Source of the DNA: an uncultured bacterium
Lineage (GTDB): Bacteria; Patescibacteriota; Minisyncoccia; Phycocordibacterales; UBA9973
Direction of reading: 5' to 3'
Assembly: GCA_903892035.1 (NCBI GenBank)
Contig: CAITGV010000002.1
Coordinates: 1,714-65,713, forward strand
DNA length: 64,000 nt
This document shows positions 28,687-40,200 of this stretch, piece after piece. The position numbers and the translations under genes are program-made. Position 1 is the stretch's first letter. Each line of letters starts with the position of its first letter. A model generated the notes under the pieces. The model was not told the DNA's origin and did not search any database. It saw only the letters and a list, made by a program, of their open reading frames with translations.

Positions 28687-29286
28687 ATGAAAAAACAAGA
28701 ATTTTCAAGAAAAATAATGAGGATTTTAGGAGAAAAGAAGGCGATTTCTATGCAGGAATTGACTGATAAATTATACAACCCCTCCCGACCTCCCCTTATC
28801 AAGGGAGGCCAAACTGCTATGTATTCCATTCCCCCTGATAAGGGGGACAAAGGGGGTTATAACCCTTCATATGCCATTACCCGATCACTTAAAGGTCTTA
28901 AAGACGCTGGGCTAGTAGAGCATATTTCATCGGGGCAAAATGACTATGTACGAATGACCAAAGAAGGGAAAAAGAAGGCACATAGTTTGAAATTGGAAAA
29001 TGATACAACACTTGTGGATCCATCGTGGGATGGAAAATGGAGAATTATTTTACTTGATTTACCAGAGTCACGAAAAAACGAACGCGAGAGTTTACGTTAT
29101 TTATTGAAAAAGGCAGGTTTTGTTTGTCTAAAAAATTCAGCATGGATTTCCCCCTACCCTTTTGAACATCTATTTGAGAATATCAAAAAAGATTTAGGAC
29201 TCACAACTGAGTTTATGATAATCACAACAGACAGTCTCGACGAAGACACGGAAAAAATAATTAAGGAGAACTTTTGGAAAAACTAA
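28687..29286 (+). CDS. PaaX-like winged-helix transcriptional regulator
   Basis: C-terminal WDGKWRIILLDLPESRKNERESLRYLLKKAGFVCLKNSAWISPYP matches the PaaX C-terminal domain. Start taken at ATG 28687 with AAGGA 6 nt upstream; the tracked ORF begins at an upstream GTG. Confidence 0.6.
   Translation: MKKQEFSRKIMRILGEKKAISMQELTDKLYNPSRPPLIKGGQTAMYSIPPDKGDKGGYNPSYAITRSLKGLKDAGLVEHISSGQNDYVRMTKEGKKKAHSLKLENDTTLVDPSWDGKWRIILLDLPESRKNERESLRYLLKKAGFVCLKNSAWISPYPFEHLFENIKKDLGLTTEFMIITTDSLDEDTEKIIKENFWKN
28774..28868. repeat. 84-bp GC-rich in-frame insertion flanked by imperfect direct repeats TACAACCCCTC / TATAACCCTTC, with two short GC hairpins in opposite orientation (CCTCCCC-TTATCA-AGGGAGG and CCCCC-TGATAA-GGGGG)
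   Basis: Read directly. Encodes NPSRPPLIKGGQTAMYSIPPDKGDKGGYNPS inside the wHTH region of the PaaX-like protein. Flanking YNPS ... YNPS duplication at protein level. Confidence 0.4.
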
Positions 29287-31241
29287 TTTAAAATTTTACC
29301 ATTATCGAGCTTCACAGGAGCCACACAACCCATTATGTCGTTGGCTTTTTTGGTTGTTGATTGATACCAGCGACCTGTTGCTTTATTCAAGACCCATGGA
29401 GAAATGACATCATTTAAATATTTTGTTTGAAATCTTTTAACTGCAAGGAACATTTTGTTATCAAAATATTTAGACGTAGTATCAAGTTTTTCACCCTGTG
29501 TATCATTTAAGAATTTTTTAATTTTAATTATTTCCGCACCACTCTCACCTTTTCTTACATAAGTTGTGAAATAAGGACATGATTTACCCAAAGTTGAATG
29601 AGAAGAGTCTATTGGAGATATGCTCGGGATAATTTGTTCTATTGGTTGTGGTGTTGGTAGTGGTGGATGACCGCCTCCATGTGGACACGAAACTGTTGAA
29701 AATGTTTGATCTGGACTAGAACCAGTACCAGCAGTATTTATTGCATATGATTGGTAGTGGTAAGTTGTTCCACAAGATAAACCTGAAATACTTTTTGAAA
29801 ATGATCCAGTACTATATGTACCAGTTTCAGAAACATTTGTTCCGTAACTTGCAGTATTTCCATAATTGAAACCGCGCTCTGTCGCATCCGCGCCACGAGT
29901 GTCGGTTATATTTCCATTCAAAATAGCAGAATTTTGTGTAATCGTAGAAATCGTATTTACATCAACTAGTGGAATTTGTACTAATAATCCGCCGTCATTA
30001 ACTGTCCAATTGTATGTAGTAGTTAAAATATCGTGTGAACTAGAAGCAGATGAATAATATTGACTATTGCCAGCATCAAAAGTTACATTGTTTTGTAAGG
30101 TTTGATTTGCCCATGAATTTAATATTGAAGAATAGTTTTCTGGTGAAAGTGTATCATCTGTAAACATGTCCGTCATGTCTGTAACATTTGCGACATTCCA
30201 CGTGCTCAAATCTTGATCAAACACAATGTCACCATTAAACATATTATCCATATCAGTGTCCGAAATAAGATTCCATGAGGACAAAGGCTGATTAAATACA
30301 GAATTGTAAAACATATAGCCAGTATTATTTACTTGTGACATATTCCACATATTAAGCGGTTGATCGTAAGCAGATCCATCAAACATATCATAAGCAATAT
30401 TTAATGATGAAGTGTTCCATGAATTTAAAGGTTGATCAAATAACGTAGCGCCAGAAAATAAAAAAGACATATCGACAACTTTTGAGACATTCCAGTAATC
30501 ATGATTTTGGTCATATGCGAGACTCTGATTAAAATCAGTATTTTGATAAAACATTCCGCTCATTCCCACCAAACCATCTGTATTCCACATACTTATATCT
30601 TGATTAAATGGTGACATTGCAAAAGTAAATTGCATATACTGTACATTTGATGTATTCCATAAATTTAATGGTTGATCAAAGTTTGAAGAATTGAACATGT
30701 TTGATATATCTGTGATATTAGAAATATTCCATGTATTTATACTATGATTTGAATTATCAAACGATATAACAGCATAAAACATACTATCAAGAGTTTCAAC
30801 AGATGTTAGATCTGGTGCGTCCACAGCATTTACTACTAAATTTGCACAATTATCAAATGCGTGACTCATTGAAAGCCAATGAATATTTCCCCAATTTTCA
30901 ACTGAAAGAATCTTCAACATGTCTGTTGAATCAGCAGAACCATTGAAATATATTTGCGGAAAAGTTCCTGTAATTTTTACTGTATAAATACCGCTTGATG
31001 CATATGTGTGAGTTATATTTCCAGTGACTCCGATATCTGTATTCGAATCACCCCAATCAACATCATAGTTGTAAGTTTCAAGAGGCTTTGTTGGAATAGT
31101 AATTTGTTTATTATTTGATGAACCAGGACTAATATTTGCAGTATTCCATGTCGTAATAAATTCACCTGCCGCACTAGCTTTATGATGAATAACAAATACA
31201 ATTAACAATAAAAACATTCCTATACATATCTTTTTAAGCAT
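29283..31241 (-). CDS. secreted surface protein: DUF285/BspA-type 26-residue repeats, FN3-like domain, Pro-rich linker, C-terminal PG_binding_1-like domain
   Basis: Signal peptide. Repeated F-N-Q/D-x-L/I-x-x-W-N-v-S-x-V-x-x-M-x-x-M-F units. FN3-like AILNGNITDTRG ... CGTTYHYQSYAINTAG. C-terminal GAEIIKIKKFLN ... AVKRFQTKY peptidoglycan-binding-like segment. Confidence 0.75.
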   Translation of the reverse strand: MLKKICIGMFLLLIVFVIHHKASAAGEFITTWNTANISPGSSNNKQITIPTKPLETYNYDVDWGDSNTDIGVTGNITHTYASSGIYTVKITGTFPQIYFNGSADSTDMLKILSVENWGNIHWLSMSHAFDNCANLVVNAVDAPDLTSVETLDSMFYAVISFDNSNHSINTWNISNITDISNMFNSSNFDQPLNLWNTSNVQYMQFTFAMSPFNQDISMWNTDGLVGMSGMFYQNTDFNQSLAYDQNHDYWNVSKVVDMSFLFSGATLFDQPLNSWNTSSLNIAYDMFDGSAYDQPLNMWNMSQVNNTGYMFYNSVFNQPLSSWNLISDTDMDNMFNGDIVFDQDLSTWNVANVTDMTDMFTDDTLSPENYSSILNSWANQTLQNNVTFDAGNSQYYSSASSSHDILTTTYNWTVNDGGLLVQIPLVDVNTISTITQNSAILNGNITDTRGADATERGFNYGNTASYGTNVSETGTYSTGSFSKSISGLSCGTTYHYQSYAINTAGTGSSPDQTFSTVSCPHGGGHPPLPTPQPIEQIIPSISPIDSSHSTLGKSCPYFTTYVRKGESGAEIIKIKKFLNDTQGEKLDTTSKYFDNKMFLAVKRFQTKYLNDVISPWVLNKATGRWYQSTTKKANDIMGCVAPVKLDNGKILN

Positions 31242-31258
31242 TTTAGGATTATAACATA

Positions 31259-34200
31259 TTATTTTTTACTAGTTGTAACTGTTTTAGCCAAAATTTCATT
31301 GACCACTTTTCTGGAATAAGTCCAGAAAAGACCTGTACCTTTTTTCAAACCTTGCGGTGCAAGAATTTGTTTGAAGTGATATTCCTGAAAAGCAATTAAG
31401 GCTTTTTTTGTTGCTGGACCAAACAGATTTGTCTCTTGCCCAGGCGAACCAGGTCCAGTTTTTGCTACAAGAAAACCATTTGCATTCAAGAATATTTGAA
31501 GTCTTTTTACAGAAATATCAGTTGAATTTGGTGCAAGATTTTTTGGGAATTTATAACCAGTTAAACTACCGGCAATAATTGGTTTTACGCCGTATGGATC
31601 AACCGTAGTATTATTTTGCGTATTATTTACATTTACAATTACGCACTTATTAGAACTATCTAATACATAGCCAGATTGACATGTATTTGTCGTTGTTGGA
31701 GTTGGTGTTGGAGCTACATACCAACCACCTCCGCCCCCACCTCCTCCTCCACCACCATTTGAACATGACGATGTGGTAAATGTACTATCCTCTGTTGTCA
31801 TTTGTGTGTAGCTATTTACTGCATAGCTTGCAAAGTGATATGTAGTTCCACACGATAGATTTGATAAATTTGTTGAGAATGCACCAGTACCGTATGGTCC
31901 ACTATTTTGAGTTATGGTCTGACCATAGTCTCCAGTTGTGCCCCAATAAAATCCTCGTATTGATGCATTTTGACCACCAGTGTCTGTTATGTTTCCATTT
32001 AATGTCGCTGATGTTTTTGTAACATTTGAAACTGAACTTGTAACAGTCGGACCAGTTATATCCAACATCCAAGTAAGTTGAGGGAAATCATTTGGAACAA
32101 TTCCCCACACACCATCATTAGTAAATGACCATGATGATAATGGTGCTACGTAATTATTGTATTTGAAGTAATTTGGACTATTACCATCTGTATTTACCGC
32201 ACTACAACCATTGATACTTTGACCAAATACACAGTCATTTTGACCGCTATTTGTTTTGTCGAAATAATCATTTAAAATAGTATCATCACCACTTAAATAT
32301 CCTGCAAATCCTCCATAATCTGTTGTGAAGTTCGAAACTGTTCCTACAGAGAAAAGATTTGTAAGAGAATCATTACCACTAGAATATCCCACAAATCCAC
32401 CACCAGAACCTCCTGCATCTATACCATCAACATTTCCTGTTGAGTATGAATTTGTAATTTGATCAGTACCATCTAAATATCCAATAAATCCTCCAACATA
32501 ATTTGCTCCACTTACATTTCCACGAGCATATGAATTTTCAGCATCTAGGTTACCATTTTGTGAAGCACCAACCAATCCTCCAACATATGAATTGCCATTT
32601 CCACCATGAACATTTCCAATTGCAAAATCACTATATAAGTGCGAGTCATCATCAATTCCTATTAAACCACCAGCTCCACTTTGATCATCGTTGTCTGGTG
32701 CTGTGACATTTCCAGTCGAGCTACTTTCTGCAATATAAGGACTTCCATTTATTGCTCCAATAAGACCACCGATACTATGAATAGTATCGGAAGTAGAGGC
32801 ATTAACATCACCAGTAGTGTGGAGATTTATACCAACCATTAATCCGAAACCAACAAGTCCACCAATGTCAGGATAAAAACCTCCATTAGGTCCAGCTGTG
32901 ACAGTGACACTTGAGTTCACATTTACTATTTCTGTAAAAACAGCCAATGAAGTAAGTGCGCCTACATTATGTATTGAACTAATAGTACCAGTAAGATTCA
33001 AATCATGAATATATGATTCAAATACATATTGGAATAATCCATCTCCATCTGAATTTCCAGCACTGTCATCTATTGCAAAATCAATAGTGTGTCCACCTCC
33101 ATCAAATTCTCCATGAAATCCAGTTTCTTGATTATAACTTCCAACCATTATGTTGTTTCCATTTCCAGCACAATGTAAATCATTTTCAAGTACAAAATTT
33201 GATGAAAGGAAATCATTGATATCCATAAATTGCTGACAAGTAGAAATCTGATATGGATCACCAGAAAGACCAGTACCTCCATCAAATGGGCTCAAAACAT
33301 AACCGAAGTGCAAGTAGTCTGGCACACCAACACCGAGGTATTCAACACGAATTGTATGATTACCACCATCGAGATTTACATTTATACTTGTACTACTACC
33401 TTGATAGTACCAGTGATCCAAAATTAAATTATCATCTACATAAACCCTTGCTTCATCATCTGCCCCCACAGTAAATATATAATTTCCCGCTGAAAGATCT
33501 ACAGTTTCAGTATAACGAGCAGTAAATACTGAATTTCCAACACCCACAGGATCTCCGTCATAACCCCAATCATAGTTTACTGAATCAGTATTTGTGGTTA
33601 GGTCAGCTGGTCGATCTGGGATAATTATTTCAGAATCAGATACTATTCCTGACCAGTATTCTGCAGTGTAAGCACCGATTGGGTCATCTGAGACAAGAGC
33701 GTGAAGTGTAGGCAAGTGACTTGTATTCACATCCCAAATCGGCTCACCAGAAAAGTCCCAACTTGTAAGTGGTGCATTTGAGTCATTTGCCACAAAATAA
33801 TTTGCATCACTTCCATCTGTATTTACTGCAGTACAATTTTCCATTACATCAGAGTACCCTGCGCAATCAAGTCCACCACTTGCTGTTTTGTCATAATAAT
33901 TATTAGAAGAAATAACTGGCTCGCCTTTCATATCGCCAACAAGTGCAGCATAACCAAGACTAAAACCAGAAACATTTCCTTTCACAAATGAATCCGTAAT
34001 CAATGCAGAGCTAAATGTTTCTCCGATAAGTCCACCACCTTTGTATCCTGAGTCAGTACTCACAACATTACCAGCAAAATACACACTTGAGAGAATTCCG
34101 TATTCATCCATCGAACCAATAAGTCCTCCTACATAATTTATTCCAGTAACAGTTGAAGTCGAATATGAATTACTCAATATTAGTGGTATTCCACCAGAGT

Positions 34201-37200
34201 ATGCATATTCACCAATAAATCCTCCAGCGTATGAATCTGTATAATATCCTGTAACATGGCCAGTGGAATAATTTTGATCCATCAAGCTAGATAGTATATA
34301 TTGATCATTACTGTTATCTGTTGAATCATATACACCAATTAATCCGCCAACATCAGCATTTCCTTGTACATCACCAGAGAAATAATTCAAATTAAAATTA
34401 TTGGTGAATCCTGTATTACTTTCATTGTAAAGATAATAATTTCCAACAAGTCCACCAATTGCACCACCCTCCGCTGAAACATTAGAGGTCGAATAATTAT
34501 TTTCCATTGTGAAATTTACTGAACGATTTGAAACCCAATTCTCAAGATCTAAATTTCCAATTAATCCACCAGTATTACTATAACCTTCTACTGTGCCAGT
34601 TGAATAATTATTTGAAATATTTACTGAAATATCAATATTTCCATTTTCTTGGTCTAGATAAAAGTATCCAAATAAGCCTCCCGTGTAATCATCTCCATCA
34701 ATATTTGTAACATTTCCAGAATAATGATTACCAGTAAATGTTAGAGTACCTTCGTAGTTATTGTAATTTCCAATGAGTCCACCAGTGTCACTATTTTGAC
34801 CATTCGAAATATCATTTTCAGCAAACGAATTTGTAATACTTACAACTGAACTATTATTTTGAATTAATTGACCAATAAGTCCTCCCACATCATATCCATC
34901 ACTTATTAGTCCGACTGTATGAGAACTATTTGAAATAGTAAGTCCAGCTGTGTCGTTACTTTGATATCTTCCTGAAATAGTAGCCGAGCCAATAAGTCCA
35001 CCAATCTGATTGGAACTACTATTTATCATACTCGTAGATGTTGAATTTGAAAGTGTAATTCTGGCACCAGATTGATCAACGTTATCCATATAACCAAACA
35101 GTCCACCCACGCAATATATTCCACTAATAATTCCGTTTGAATTTATATTACTGAATACAGATGAATAGTTATTTGTTGCTTGCACATATCCACCAATACC
35201 ACCTGTATAATATTGATTTGAAGTAACATTTGCATTACTTACAATATTTGTAAGCGTTAAATTATTTCCACTACCAAATAATGCACCAGTGCCACTACTT
35301 GCATTAGTTGAATTAATATTTCCATTTACAACAAGATTTAAAATAGAAGCACCATTGGTATTTTGCAACAAGCCCACTGCATAACTTAATGAGTCATCAA
35401 TATTTACGTCAATACTATTTCCACCACCATCAAGTACTCCACTGAAAGGAATTTTTGTACCAATCATTATATGATTGCCCTCATCAGCGCACTCCAAACT
35501 ATTCATCAATAAATAATGTTTATCAAGTAAACCAACATTATCCATTTCTTCAAATTGAGCGCAAGTGGAAATTTGATATTTATTATTTGCTGTTCCCTCT
35601 CCACTACCAGAATAAGTTGAAGAGAATAGATTTGACCTTAGTGTTGGTAAATTATCTGCATTTGCTTGCCATGTTGATGTAAAGTTCCAAGAAGCAAGTG
35701 GTGCATTGGCATTTGTATCTTTGAAATAATTTGGGTCAAATCCATCTGTATTTACAGGTGAACATCCAGACACATCTTCATTGTGTGCACACCCAACAAC
35801 CCCTGTATTTGTATAGTCATAAAAATTATTTGTAAGCGTACCGCCATTTACTCCAGTGATTCCTCCGGTGTTGTTTAAGAAACTCGAAACAAATCCAGTA
35901 GCAAAAGAATTTGAAATACTTCCAGCATTATAGCCAGAAAGACCAGCACCATCATCTCCATTATTATATCCAGTAACACTACCAGTGGCATAAGAGTTTG
36001 ATATTGTTCCATAATTCAAGCCAGAAAGACCTCCGGCATATTGAGACCCTACAACAGAACCAGTTGCAAAAGTATTTGTAATAATACCTTCATTTTGACC
36101 AACAATACCACCAACCGCATCAGTAGCTGAAACTGCTACAGATGAATAAGAATTAAGAATATGTCCACTACTCATCGAATGTCCAGCAATACCTCCTATC
36201 CATTGTGCCCCAGAAACAGTACCTGATGTATAAACATTTTCAATATGTCCGTAGTTGACTGCTGTGACTGCACCCACATTGTCTTGATTGGTCGCAAAAT
36301 TAACATTTTCTAAATTTAAGTCATAGACCTTTCCGTCACTATTTAGATTGCTGAACAACCCCGCACTTGCACCGGAAAGATTTTCATACAAATGATTAAT
36401 TGTATAACCTTGACCATTAAAGCTTCCACTAAAATCTACAATTGGAGAAAAGCCCTGACCAAAATTATTTGACCAATTTATTGTATCAGTACAGTCAATA
36501 TTATTTGTCAGAATGAAGTTGTCGTTTTGATAATTTCCAACATCAGAGAGCTGAGTACACTTCGATATTTTATATGGGTCACTCACTGTTCCTGTTCCGC
36601 CATCAAAATCCTGTGGTGCTGATTGTGCATTTGTAAGTTTCGGATATGTACCGAGTTGTGTATGCCATATATAGAAATCCCAACTTGATATTGGATCGTT
36701 AAAAGTATTATTGAAGAAGTAATGCGCATCTGGTGAACCAATTGTATTTACTGGTTCACATCCAGGGAAATCACCTTCATTACTAGTACAATTATCTGAA
36801 TTGGAATTTAATTGGTCGTAGTAGTCGTTTCCAAAATCTACGGAATTATATCCATAGTAACCAGCAAAACCAGCATAAGTATCCAAGAAATTTGAAACAG
36901 CTCCAGCTGAAAATGAATTGTAAATATTTACATTTGAATCTGTCCAACCAACGAATCCACCAGCAACATTTCCACTACCATCTCCTGTAACATTTCCAGA
37001 AGAATATGAATTAAATATATCAATAATATTGTTTGCTTGCCCTACAAGACCTCCTGCCATCGTGTGACCAAGAACATTTCCAGTTGAGTAAGCATTATTT
37101 ATTAGTATAAAACCATTTGCTTGACCAACGAGACCTCCTGTATATACTTCAGAACTAACATCTCCCGTAGAGAAACTTTGATTGATAGTTGAAAAAGATT

Positions 37201-40200
37201 CCATGTAACCAACAAGTCCTCCGACACCATAGTCAACCAAACCATTTGGAGTGTTCTTTGTCACAGCTCCAGTACTAGAACTTGTATCAATAAGTGACCC
37301 ACCTGTGACAATACCAGCAAGACCACCAATCCCTCCAGCACTATAATTATCTGTAACGGCGCCTGATGAAACACTATTAACTATATAACTACTGTTTTCA
37401 ATATAGCCCACAATACCACCAACTGCACTTTCTTCATTATCATCAGTTGTAGAAGTAACTGTTGCAGATGAAGTGACATCGTAAATATTTGTACTATCTG
37501 CGTAACCAACAAGTGAGCCAATGCCTGGATAGTATCCATTGTTTGAAGTTGATACAACACTACCAGTTATATTTACATTTCCAATTGTCGCACCTTGTGC
37601 ATCTGTAAACAAACCTACATCAAAATTTTCAGCATTAATATTTATATTTATTGTGTGACCTCCACCGTCAAAACTTCCTGTGAAATAATTATTATTATCA
37701 CCTATCATCACACCATTACCAAGTGATGCACAGTCAAGATTTGCATCAAGAACATAACTACCAGAGAGATTATTATTTATATCTACAAGTTGCTGACAAG
37801 TTGAGATATGTGTGGGATCAATACTGCCAAACACTATTGCAGAAAGTGTTGGGTAAGTGCCAGGATTTAAATGCCAAATATTTTCAAAGTCCCAATTATT
37901 TAATGGAGCATTTGTAGAATTAGTTTTGAAGTAAGAAGTATTAACAGATATTGGATCATTTACAGGCGAACAACCAGATTGATCACCATTGTTTGTACAG
38001 CCCGACTGACCTGAACCAAAGAAATCATAATAACTATTTTCATAATAAGTATCGCCATCATCATAACCAACCATACCTCCAGTATCTTGATTATAATTTG
38101 TTATATAACCAGTAGCAAAACTATCAACCATTGCTCCGTCAAAAAAACCAACAAGACCACCGGCATCTTGACCACCCAAATTTCCAGTTACATCTCCACT
38201 TGCATATGAACTATTAATATTTGTGTAATAATTGTAGCCGACAAGACCTCCTGCTGTATCAGAACTTACTACGTTTCCTTGTGCGTATGAATTGGTAATG
38301 CTTGAAAACTCTGCATCTCCTATAAGTCCTCCTGCATCATAAACAATATTTACATTTCCTTTTGCGTAATCTTCATAAAAATTAGAATCACCTGCATACC
38401 CCACAAGACCACCACCACCTGTATCAATATTTGTACCCTGCATTGAAACATTTCCTGTTGTAAAACTACCACCTATTTCTGAATTATTTTCTACATACCC
38501 AGCAAGTCCGCCTATTGATTCCACATTATCTCCACCAGTAATATTGGCCGAAGATGAACTATCATAAACACTAGAACTGTTTGCATAACCAACAAGCCCT
38601 GCTACTGTTTGCCAAAAGAAAGAAGAACCAGTGACACTTCCTGCAATATGAGCATCTCCTATTATTGCTCCGTTTGTGTTTTGAAATAAAGCAACGTTAA
38701 ATGATGTGTAATCATTTATGTCTACCGCTATAGTGTGTCCGCCCCCATCAAACAATCCAGTAAATGGATCAACAGTACCAACCATAATATTATTATGTTC
38801 AGCTGTACAATCAAGATTTGTTATTAGTTTGAAATATTTATCTAACAAATCATATTTATTTATTTCTTCAAATTGAGAACATGAAGTAATAAGATAAGGT
38901 GACAAATCTGTGCCATCTCCAGCACCTGAAAATCCCGTTGAATATGTTTGTAGTATTGGAAGTGTTGAATTATTTGTTTTCCAAAGCGTAGAAAAATTCC
39001 ATTTATCAAGTGGTGCAGTACTTGATGTATTTACAAAATGATTTTGATCAGCGCCATCAGTATTTACCGGAGTAGCACACTCGCCTCCGCCCATACCACC
39101 CAAAGCACCATCACCTTCACAATTTACCTGACCACCAACGGTTTTGTCGTAGTAATTGTTTACAATTGTACCTACAGAATTTCGGCCGAATAAATTTCCG
39201 ATATATGTATCGCTTGCAAGTGGAGTTTGAGTGTATCCTGAACCATTATTGAAATAAATACCACTAGTAGTAAATGAATCCATCACTGGTCCATAATTGT
39301 AACCAGAAAAACCTCCAATGTATGTGTTGTTAAATGGATATGTAATTCCTTCAGCCATGACACTTCCAGAGGAATAACTTTTATCAACTATTGAATTATT
39401 GTAACCAGAAAAACCTCCAACGGTGCTATAGCCATGTACTGTACCTGTTGCAAAAGAATTTTCAATTATAAAATAATTTAAACCAACAAAACCACCAACG
39501 TTATAAGTTCCTATCACATCACCCGTAGCATAAGAGTTTTCAATTACTCCTTGTGCTTCATTTCTACCAACAAGTCCGCCTGCACCTTCTGTACCCGTAA
39601 CATTTACAGATGAATGAGAATTAATAATTGTATCCGAGTAATCATGACTCCCCACAAGTCCACCAGTGTCACAAGAATTACTTGTTACTGTACCAGTTGT
39701 GTAGGTATTTGAAATACTTCCATAGTTACTTCCAACAAGCCCACCAACATCACAACCTCCACTTGTATTAATTATATTTACATTTTCTAAACCAACATTT
39801 TTTATCAAAGAACCATTTTCAGTAATTCCAAAAAGTCCAGCAAATTGATGGTCTGTATCGTGTTCATATAGATTTGAAATAACATAACCATTTCCATTGA
39901 GAGTACCAAAAAATTTATTTCCAGCATCTGGTCCGATTGGTAAAAATCCAGCACCATCATTCCAACTTACTGTATCACTACAATCAATGTTGTTGTTTAA
40001 AACATAAACATAATTTGCATTTAAACCAAGGTTGATGTTTTGCAATTGGTAACAAGTAGAAATCTGAAACGGATTTCCCAATGTACCAACACCTCCTGCA
40101 AAAGTATCAATGGAATCCGAAGCCAAACGATCCAGCACTGGCAGATGATTAAAGGCTGTGGTCCATATTGTTGTACTGTCCCAAGCATCAAGCGGAGCAT

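Noticed and set aside
31730-31760. Runs of 12 Gly (4310-aa protein) and 8 Gly (2288-aa protein) as potential slippage tracts
   Set aside because: At the DNA level they are encoded by mixed GGN codons (ccacctcctccaccacc...), not a homopolymer. Unlike the true C8A12 tract at 51199-51218.
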